Shown in pieces: positions 49,754 to 60,289 of a DNA stretch of 64,000 bases. Location of the stretch: NCBI RefSeq assembly GCF_022539665.2, contig NC_081332.1, forward strand, positions 6,014,001 to 6,078,000. Reading direction: 5' to 3'. Made by a program: the position numbers and the translations under genes. This stretch comes from Daphnia carinata. Lineage: Eukaryota. The notes below the pieces were generated by a model. That model did no database searches. It worked only from the letters and a program-made list of their open reading frames with translations, and was not told the origin of the DNA. How positions within the stretch are numbered: position 1 is the first letter of the stretch; the number at the start of each line of letters is the position of its first letter.

Positions 49754-52700
49754 GGAGGTCGGAGAAAAAGGCCCAGACGAAAAAGGCCCAGACGAAAAAG
49801 GCCCGCGAAAAAGGCCCAGACGAAAAAGGCCCATACAAAAAAGGCCCACTTTATTCCAAATTTTAAAGTGGGCCTTTTTCTCCATTAAACTGGGCCTTTT
49901 TCTCCGCTTAATTTCCATGTTCCTAAATCTTTATTGAGTTTCCAAAAAGTATTTCCCACTTCCTATTCCGTGGAAGTTGGAATATATAAAGGTTGCTGAA
50001 ACCGTGACCATCTATAAGGTTTGTCCATATGAAACAATGTTAGCGTATATACGCTAGTTAATCTTTGATTATTTATTATGTAGCTATCGGATTTCGGATT
50101 ATGTTAGTATTTATCTATTGCTAATATCCCGTTAAATAAAGTTCATTTTTCACAATTTTTGTTTATTGAACTACTTTAGCTTCTTTAAATATAATATAAG
50201 AATTATAAGTTTTCCGCACTTAGCCTTGTTCTGTCCACCCTCTTTGATCATTCCCCCACCTCTAAATCCATCTTCATTATAACTTCTCTTTGTCGATACT
50301 TATTCCATAGGTTAAGACCACTGATTTGTTATGAATACGGAAACTGAATGAGTTCCGCGGGGCTTTTGTGGTTGCTGGGAACAAAGATATGTTAATACGA
50401 AGACTAGTTCATTATTATTAACATTTGATAAATAATTTTTTGAGGAAGAACACTACAAGCTTAAACTATCGTTTGCGATAAGGACAAAAAGAAAGAATAT
50501 TGTAATTCAATATTGATTTTCATACCATTTATTTCCTTATCACATTTTCAATTTTTTTCACGATTACAAAGAGCCCAATAAATATATTAAAATCATAACC
50601 TACTGCTATAAATATGCCAGGCCTTTTACTGCTAACTGTTGTCTTGGAGCGCTTTTCAGCAAAACTATAAATAGTTCTAGCATAACTGGAATATTTAATT
50701 TGCATAAGAACGTCTATGAGTCAAACTTAAATAGTAATGGCTTTTGGTAAAGAGCAGTCTTTTGTTAAAGAGTAACCTCACCTTTAGTTCGAGAGAACCA
50801 TATACGTCTCTGGTGAGAACTCGCGTTTTCAAGCAATGATAAATAATTTTTTACGTTCTTCGTGTCTTGTTTTCCCCTTATGCACATATTCCAGCTGCTA
50901 TTGTTTACCTAATTCACATCATATACTACAATGAACAATAAGGAAGCCTTGCACCTGAAGTTGACAAAGCTATTAACAAGTACAAATCAATTTTAATTAT
51001 TTTCTACCATGAAAGACTGTTTTTATGAGTCTGCTATAGTGAAGACACTAAACAATTAAAAATGAATCTAAGATTTTTTTCTTCAAATTTTCCAAAATCA
51101 TGAAAGGCATGCCAGTGTATTTTTCTAAAAGACTGTCGCGCCATGGTTTGCACATGAAAGAACACGAGTTTAGCTCATCTATGAGTCTGTATCATTATTT
51201 CATACGATAAATTTTCCTTTTTTTGATTTGGTTTAATCACTGTATGTTCTTTTTTTTCAGTTTCTTTTTCTTAATGTTGGCTTTTCTCTTTTTCTGTTGT
51301 CATTCCTTTCTCTTTTTCTGTTGTCATTCCTTTCTCTTTTCCTTTTCTTCGTTGCGATCAGCCCAATTTATTTTATTTTCTGATTTGATTTTACCTCGTT
51401 TCTTTATTTATTTGCCAAGGAATTCCACACAGTCTTCTACCTATTGCAATACAGAAACGTTAGAAGTTTTGAACACCTTACAAATATGTTTGTCAAATTG
51501 ATAGTTTACCTGAAAACCTTCAGCTATGTGTAGAGCACCATTGCAAGCCTGTTTTTCTTCCATGCTTCTGGATTCTCACCTTCAGCTTGGCCTACCAAGA
51601 TTTTCACTTTTTGTTTAAGTATTTTTTTTTTCATTTTAATCGTTGCCAATTATGGATCTAAAGTGGTCTTTTTCAGAATGGGTGAGGGATTAAATAGTTC
51701 TCCAAAATCAAATTTGCTGAAAACTGGGCAGCCTTCACTGTTGAAAATTGGTGTTGGCAATGTACTTGCTAGTCTTGGTTCAGAAATTTCTGTTTAGACA
51801 AACTCTGAAAGAACAGAGGTTGGTGACACAGATGCTACCTTGGTTGCTCATGCAAGTTTGGCAATTCAGGACCTCCTCTTCTTTTTTTTGCTTTATAATT
51901 TTTTCTTCGTTTCATTTAACTTCCGTTTAGTTTGATTTTTGTTTTCTTATCAGATAAATCCAGCTTTTTTCCTGAAAATCAATGGAATAAACTGGCAGGT
52001 CTTACTTAAATGTAAAGATTAACACATACCTGTGAAAAGCGAGAGCTTAGCTGTTAGCTGTTTTTCCATTTCTTAAGGATTGGAAGCATGGTTCCTGGTG
52101 TTTTTTCAGAAACGGCTGGCATATCCAAATCATTGCAATCAGGATCTGTATGAAGCTGTTCAGCAGCATAATCAACAGCAGTCATCCATTCTTCCCTAGA
52201 ATCCAATAACAAATTTATGCTCTCAGTTTGTTATATGATGCACAAGAAAACCACAATGTATGAAAATTTTTAAAATTAGGTTTTGACCCTTCACATACCT
52301 TTTTTTCAGGCTCAATATGAAAACTCGTTTCAATTACATTCATCCATTTAAGACCTCCAATCTGAAAGGTGCATGGTTTGGGTGATCCCCTGGCATCATG
52401 CAAAAACAAAGTAAAGATATTCTAAGACATATTGGTTACTAAAATGTTATACCGCTTTCATAATTTTGCATCCTTTCACAGTAAAATTGTTGAGTGGTTA
52501 AGCAAGTCCTAAGTTTGGCTTTGGTTTATGCTTGGATCCTAGTAATAATCAATAATCCCGTATAACAAAACATCCTTGACGCCAATTTTTTTTGAGTTCT
52601 CCTAGGAAACAAAATAAACATTGAATGTGAATGAGAATGCATAATATATTCCACATCAACAATTTGATTGCAAGCTGCACGTAAGTCTCTGAAGAAGAGC

Positions 52701-55700
52701 TTACTCAACTTACCTCTTTAAAGCAGCTAGCCGTCCTTTATGATAAAAGGAGTTTTTCGTAGAATCTATTGCACCAAACATTTTGTTGCAATAACGGCCT
52801 TTTCCCTTGTTTCACTGAATTTTTTCGGTATTAGCTTCGATGCTAGCAGACAATAACAGCAAAGCTATCAATGGAATTTTCGTACTACACAGATAGATGG
52901 AGGCCATGAACAATAACAAAGTAACTAAATTTTATTGAATTTGTAATATAAGACTTAATTTTTTTTTAAATTTCAATAGGCAATCTTAGGGGTTTATTTT
53001 ACTACGTTTGTTTTTTGAACTACGGTTCATACGATTTTTTGTATACTTTCTCTGCTTAGACTGCCCTAAGGTGGAGGCGTCCTCAAGCTAGATTTGGCTT
53101 GAAAGGTAGTACAAAAAACAAATGTAGTAAAATAAATTCTTATGATTGTCTATTGAAATTTTAAGAAAATTTTAATTCTTATATTATACAAATATAATAA
53201 TATTCTTATATCTTATACAAATTCAACACAATTTAGTTACTTTGTTATTGCTCATGGTTTCCATCTGCTTATACTGCCCTCAAGTGGAGGCGTCCTGAAG
53301 CTGGATTTGGCTTGAAATGCCGTTCCCTAAAGAAAATAACAATAGACTTGTTTCGTATAGTTTGATCTATGGAGTGATCAGTGATAATGTTGAGAGATCA
53401 AATAATTAATAATAAAGTTTAAAGGTTATAAGATGAGAGGCAGTTTTTGTAAATGGAAAAAGAGAAAACAAGTACTTGAAAGTGTCGTCTAAACAAAATT
53501 TGTAGGAAATGACCCAAAAAATCAAGAGCCTTATAAAACGCGAGGGTCCATTGACATCGTCGCTCTTAAAAAGTAACTCTCTCCTGAAGATTTTGTCATT
53601 TCTAGCTTATTGACCAACATTTCAACTGAAAGTGTATCTACAGTTGAAGATCTCAATAGCAATAAGGTTGGTGTTGAATTGGAAGAATGTCTAGCAGCTA
53701 ACACCTCACACTTAACAGGTATGTGTTAATCTTTAAGTTTAAGGAAGACAGGCCAGCTTATTCCATCTGTTTTCAGGGAAAAGGCAAACAGAGTTTGTCA
53801 AAACCGGTATTCCTGAACCAAGACAAACAAGTACACCGCCAACACCAATTTTCAACAGTGAAGGCTGCCTAGTATTCAGCAAATTTGATTTAGGAGAACT
53901 ATCTAATCCCTCACCCATTCTGAACAAGACCACTTTAGATTCAAAAGTGGCAACAAAAAAAAACTCAAAGCCAAAGTTAAAATCTTGGATGGCCAAGCTG
54001 AAGTTGAGAATGCGAGAAGTATTGAAGAGAAACGGGCATGAAAAGGTGCCCTGCAAATAGCCAAAGTCTTTCAGGTAAACTTTCAATTTGACAAACATAT
54101 TTGTAAGATCTTAAATAATTTTAACCTTTCTGTATTGCAATAGGTAAAAAAACAATGTGGAATTACTTGCTAAATCTATTAAGAAACAAGATGAAATCAA
54201 ATCAGATAGTAAAAAGAAGTTGGCTGAACGCATTGAAGAATAGGAAAAGAGAAAGGAATAACAACAGAAAACGAAAAAACCCAACATTAAGAAAAAGAAA
54301 ACTGAAAAGAAAGAACATAATCCGAATGAACACCTCACACTTTACAGGTACGTTTTAACATTTACATTTAAGGAAGACCGGCCAGTTTATTCCATTGATT
54401 TTCAGGGAAAAAGCTGTAATTGTCTGATAAGACAACGAAAATCAAACTTAAACGGAAGCTAGAAGGAATGAAGAAGAAATTAAAAAGGAAAAGTAAGAAG
54501 AAGAGGTCCTGCATTGCCAAACATGCTCGAGCAACAAGGCAGTATCTGTGTCATCAACCTCTGGTCTTTCAGAGTTTGTTAAAACAGAAATTCCTGAACC
54601 AAGACTAGCAAGTACACTGCCAACAACAATTTTTAACAGTGAAGGCTGTCTAGTTTCCAGCAAATTTGATTTTGGAGAACTTTCTAATTCCTCACCCATT
54701 CTGGAAACGACCACTTTAGATCCAAAGTGGCAACGATTAAAATGAAAGAAAATAAAATTTAAACCCAAGATGAAAATCTTAGTAGGCCAAGCTGAAGTTG
54801 AGAATGCAAGAAGCATTGAAGAGAAACAGGCATGAAATGGTGCTCTGCAAATAGCTGAAGGTTTTCAGGTAAACTTCCAATTTGACAAAAATATTTGTAA
54901 GATCTTCAAAACTTTTAACCTTTCTGTATTGCAATAGGTAAAAGACTATGTGGAATTGCTTGCCAAATCAATTAATGAACGAGATCAAATCAGAAAGTCA
55001 CATAAATTGCGCCGAACGAATCGAAGAAAAGGAAAAGAGAAAAGAATAACAACAGAAAAAGAGAAAAGCCAGCATGTAGAAAAAGAAAACTGAAAAGAAA
55101 GAACATAAAGTGAATAAACTAAAGAAAAGAGGCAAATTTGTCGTATGAAAGACTGAAACTGACTCATGGATGAGCTAAACTCGTGTTCTTTTATGTGCAG
55201 CTATGCGTGATAGTTTTTTAGAAAAATACACTGGCATGCCTTCCATGATCGTGGAAAATTTGAAGAAAAAAAAATCTTAGATTCATTTAAAAAGGTTTAG
55301 TGTCTTCACTAATAACAGACTCCCATTTAAAAAAAAGTCCGTCATGGTAGAAAATTGATTTGGCCTTATTAGTAACTTTGTTAACGCAAAGTGTAAAGGT
55401 TCCTTATATCTCAATGTAGTATGTAATGTGTAATAAGGTAATCAATAGCTGCTTGAAAATGTGCAAAAGGTGAAAACAGGACACGAAGAACGAGCAAAAT
55501 CATTTATAGCAGTAGGTTTTGATTTTAATATATTTATTGGGCTCTTTGAAATTGTTAAAAGAATTGAAAATGTATAAGGAATAAATGGTATTGGAATCTT
55601 GAATTACAATAGTCCTTGTTGCCTCAGATGATAGTTTAAGTTTGTAATATTATTCCTATAAACATTACTTATCAAATGTTAATAATAATAAACTAGTCTT

Positions 55701-56330
55701 CGTGGTACATATCTTTGTTCCCAGCAACCACAAAAGCCCCGCGGAACTTATTCAGTTTCCGTATTCACAACGAATCAGTGGTCTTTACCTATGGCATAAG
55801 CATCGACAAAGGGAAGTGATAAGGGAAATGGACTGGGGGTTGGGAGGAATGATCAAAGAGGGTGGACAGAACAAGGCTAAGTGCGGAAAACTTATAATTC
55901 TTATATTATATTTAAAGAAGCTAAAGTAGTTCAATAAACAAAAATTGTGAAAAATGAACTTTATTTAACGGGATATTAGCAATAGATAAATACTAACATA
56001 ATCCGAAATCCGATAGCTACATAATAAATAATCAAAGATTAACTAGCGTATATACGCTAACATTGTTTCATATGGGCAAACCTTATAGAAGGTCACGGTT
56101 TCAGCAACCTTTATATATTCCAACTTCCACGGAATAGGAAGTGGGAAATACTTTTGGAAACTCAATAAAGATTTAGGAACATGGAAATTAAGCGGAGAAA
56201 AAGGCCCAGTTTAATGGAGAAAAAGGCCCACTTTAAAATTTGGAATAAAGTGGGCCTTTTTTGTATGGGCCTTTTTCGCGGGCCTTTTTCGTCTGGGCCT
56301 TTTTCGTCTGGGCCTTTTTCTCCGCCAATC
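49754..56330. mobile_element. ~6.6-kb foldback (palindromic) element with long TIRs and terminal GAAAAAGGCCC sub-repeats; possibly Mutator/FB-like
   Basis: 49760-~50245 is nearly the exact reverse complement of ~55850-56324; weaker inverted homology continues to a centre near 53065; flanks match the uninterrupted locus at 63146-63240 with ~66 bp missing and no TSD. Superfamily is a guess. Confidence 0.8.
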
Positions 56331-56417
56331 TAAAAGAAAATGTAATGAACCGAGTTTTTCGCTTGTGTTTCCAACTATCGAAACGGCAAGCCAATCTATA
56401 TTTTCTGTTCTTACGTT

Positions 56418-59400
56418 TTCTTTCTTTTTCTTTAAGTTTTCTCTGCTTGGCTGTTGAATATTTTGTGAAAATCATGTCACAATATTTATCTAATCAGTGA
56501 TCGCAATTCTTATGTTTTTTACATAAGCTCCCATGACACTAATTTGGGACAGCAGACTACGTACTAAGACACACGTTATGCTTTTCTAGATATTTTTATT
56601 CAGTATGGCATAATCGTACGATGTTGGATTGCCAACATAAAGGCTGAAGGATCTATACTCTATGGGAACTATATATAAGTTTTTTTTTCTTTATTTTTGA
56701 ATTTTTTGCCATTTGGTGAGATATTTTGAAATCACTTGGTACACCTTATACTAAAGCAATATCATCAATACTGGTATCAATAGATTCGTTTAAGTTTCCT
56801 TTACATGGCTGTTAAATATTTTATGAAAATCATGTGAGAATACTTATCTAATGGCTGATTGTAATTCTTATCTATTTTCCATAAGCTCCCGTGACGCTAA
56901 TTTGGGACAGCAGACTACATACAGAAAGACTTGTTATGCTTTTGAACTTCTTTGTGTGAACCATGGCATAGTCGTAAGACGTTCGATTGCCAGACCAAAA
57001 GGTTAATGGTTCTATACTGTCAAGTCATTGTTTTAAATTTTTTAATCCTCCTTTCCTCATTTTCCCCGTTCTTGTTAGATTTTTTAAAATCACTTAAGAT
57101 ACCTTACACCACTGCAATATCAACAATATTAGGATCGATTGATTCGTTTAAGTTTTCTCTACATGGCTATTGAATGTCATATGAAAATCATGTAAAAATA
57201 TGCATCTAATCGATGATTGCAATTCTTATGTTTTTTACATAAGCTCCCGTGACGCTAATTTGGGACAGCAGACTACATACTAGATGACATATTATGCTTT
57301 TGAAAAATGTTTAATTCAAGATGGCATAGTCGTAAGACGTGGGATTGCTAACCAATAGGATCGTGGTTCTATACTGACCAGTCACTACTATATCATTTTT
57401 TGAATTTTCCCATTTTTTGTGAGATATTTTTAAATCACTTAAGATACCTTACACTAACACAATATAAAAAATATTAGGATCAATGGATTCGTTGAAGTTT
57501 TCTCTCCATGGTTGTCGAATATTTTGTGAAAATCATGTTATAATATTCATCTAATCGGTGATTGCAAGTCTTGTGTTTTTTGCATAAGCTCCCATGACGC
57601 TAATTTGGGACAGCACACTACATACTAAATGACTTATTATAGTTTTCTGTTACAATATGTCAAGGGTGGCATAGTCGTAAGACGTTGGATTGCTAACCTG
57701 AAGAGTCATGGTTCAATTCCAGTTGTAGAAAATCAAAACTTACTTTTGCCTAAATTTTTCACTTTTTATCACATTTTGTGAGATTCTTTTAAATCTTCAA
57801 TGACGCCTTGAGCTAACGCAATATCAACAAACACTGGTATCAATAGAATCGATAAACTTTCCTCTACATGGCAGTTGAATTTATCATGAAAATCATGTGA
57901 TAATATTAATCTAATTAGTCATTGCAATTCTTATGTTTTTTACATAAGCCCCCGTGACGCTAATTTGGGACAGCAGACTACATACTAAGTGACATATTAT
58001 GCTTTTCAAAAAAATTTATTTGCCATGGCGTAGTGGTAAGACGTTGGATTGCTAACACCAAATGGTATGGTTCTATACTGACAGTGCACAACATGCAAAG
58101 TTCAATTAAATCGATTTGTAATTTTTCCCTATGTGTGAGATATTTTGAAATCATTAAAGACATATTCAACTAACGCAATATCAACAAACATTGCGATTAA
58201 TAGATTCATATAAATTTTCCCTACATGGCTGTTGTTGTTTTTCGTTGTTGTTTTACATCATTCTTGATTTTTTCACATTTCGTGCGATATTGTTGCATCG
58301 CAGTTTGTAAGAAAAATTGCAGAAAAAAGAAAACTCATTAAGAATTTTTTACTTCGTCGCTATATGTTTACTGCTGTATGATAGTTTCCTAGCGTTCTGC
58401 AAAATAGCTATTCAGTTTTAACTTCTATCTGGCATTGAACTGCAGTCCTTATTATCATGAGTCTAATGCTTTACCTCTGAGCTACCAAACTTCTGATGAT
58501 AAAACTTCTATTTATAAATACTATTTAAATGTTACCCCAAAATGCAGACAAAAATATTACTTTTTGGGGATTTTATTTGACATGATAGGCAGATATCGTC
58601 TATCGTCCCTATAAATACATCGAATGTATTAATTAAACACAAGATTATATTTGAGCTGCTGAGAATTGAACCTCAGACCTCCGTCTCACCATCCAGACAT
58701 TCATCCACTGTGCCATTTCGTAAGATAAAAAATGAAAATTACCGCCACCCCACGCCCTTCGAAAACAGTGTCCAGAATTAGCGCTTTCGCTTAAAGCACA
58801 ATCAAATGGGGCTATGACGAGAACAACAAAACAGTTTTTTTTTTATTTTTACTTAAAACCAATGACTTATTAACAAATTTCTTCTACGACAAGTAAAAGG
58901 AACATGAAAAGCGTGAAAAACCACTGAAATTTCTGAAAAAAACTACAAATAAACTTGTGTCCCAATAAGGGACAACAGTTTCCGAAAAATTTCTCGTTTA
59001 GTCACTGGTAAAATGAAATAAAAAATACGGAATTACCTTTAAAAATATAAAAAGTTTATTGGCTTTGAAGTTACGAAAAAAAAAGTGAAAGAATGTAAAT
59101 TAATTTTTTAAAAAGGCTGCGTGGATGAACCCAGACTAGATTCTAAGTCCCTAAAGTATTTTTGCGTTATTTCTATGAAAATGATTCAAAAAACGGATAA
59201 ATATCCTACATCAATCGATTTATTTTTGAATTCTGCGTCGATTGATGTAAAAATATTGAAAAAAAGTTTTTTTTTTTTTTTTTTCGAAAATATCTGTGTC
59301 CTAAATTAGCGTCGGCTGTCCCAAATTAGCAGGAATGGGGGTTTTTTCTGGTTTGTAATATTAGAATAATACTAGCATTTAATGGGACAGACTTGTACTT

Positions 59401-59754
59401 AATCTGTAGAACTTAACTTGCTCTACTGTTTGATATAATTATTTAATGGGTTTCTTCAATTTTACCTTAGAAATTTCCTGTGCCGTCCAGGTGTCAGCTA
59501 ACAAATCGTACGCTGTTTAGGTTTTTCGCCCGCAAGCAAAACGCACAGATTTCAATTACCGTTTTCTCGAATATTGTTATGTTTTAAATTTTGCCCTTTT
59601 GATAAATTGCGTAACCCCCTTTTAGTTTATAATTCGCCTATAAGATGTCCCAATAGAACCCCTATCAGTATACCATTCGTGATGCGACGAAATGTATGTT
59701 TTTTGTCCCAAATTAGCAGGAACCGGGCCTGTGTCCCAATTCGCTCTTTTACCT
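56418..59754. mobile_element. Truncated insertion carrying a 5-copy ~360-bp tandem array; right end resembles a TA-flanked pogo/Tc1-type TIR
   Basis: Absent from the homologous locus 63312-63786; many GTCCCAA(A)TT/AATTTGGGAC subterminal motifs; terminus GTGTCCCAATTCGCTCTTTTACCT followed by TA at 59755; left TIR not found. Confidence 0.55.
56430..58235 (+). repeat. Tandem array of five ~345-365-bp units, each with a degenerate tRNA-like (A-box/B-box) module
   Basis: Each unit has ATAAGC(T/C)CCC(G/A)TGAC(G/A)CTAATTTGGGACAGCA(G/C)ACTAC followed by TGGCATAGTCGTAAGACGTTGGATTGCTAAC...GGTTC-like sequence at ~56605, 56963, 57321, 57667, 58025. Confidence 0.88.
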
Positions 59755-60289
59755 TAGTTCACAAATACTGTATTGCGAATTTCTATTTAATGCTTGATGC
59801 TTAGCGCTCTTGATGCATAGCATTTAACTTGAAACCGTTGTTAAGAAATTGAAACCTATTTTCAGGTGAGAAATGGGCTGTGAGTTAATCACGGGTCAAA
59901 TTAAGTTTACAGGCAAAAAGTACTGCTGCTATGATAACGCCCAGTCGACTCACGTCACGAAAATAGAGCCGAAGATTCCCAAATTAGCTGCTTTGGTGAT
60001 TGCATCATCAACTGAAGTGCGTATAGTTATGGGGGGCGTAATTTTTAAACGTAATTTTTGGTTTTCTTTACTTTGATGAATTGGGGAAAAAGACCATCAC
60101 GTCTATTTGCTTCTTACTTTGCGTTCCATTTTGCCTATTTAATAAATTTCATTTCCAACAAGGTCGCTATTTCTGTCTTTATTGTTTCTCCTAGAATGTT
60201 GGTGTTAAACAATAGTGTCACTACATATTTGGATAAAATTTACTTTTCAATGACAAGAATAGTTAAACTTGAATTTCAAGCGGATTCCT

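Noticed and set aside
49760..49850. CRISPR-like short direct repeats (GAAAAAGGCCC)
   Set aside because: Eukaryotic context, no unique spacers, no cas genes; these are TIR sub-repeats mirrored at 56200-56325.
51223..55167. Transposase or intact gene inside the foldback element
   Set aside because: Only short, stop-interrupted low-complexity frames; no DDE motif recognisable.
57664..57728. Functional tRNA-Ser(GCT) gene
   Set aside because: Acceptor and anticodon stems pair poorly, no long variable arm, and it is one of five diverging repeat units.
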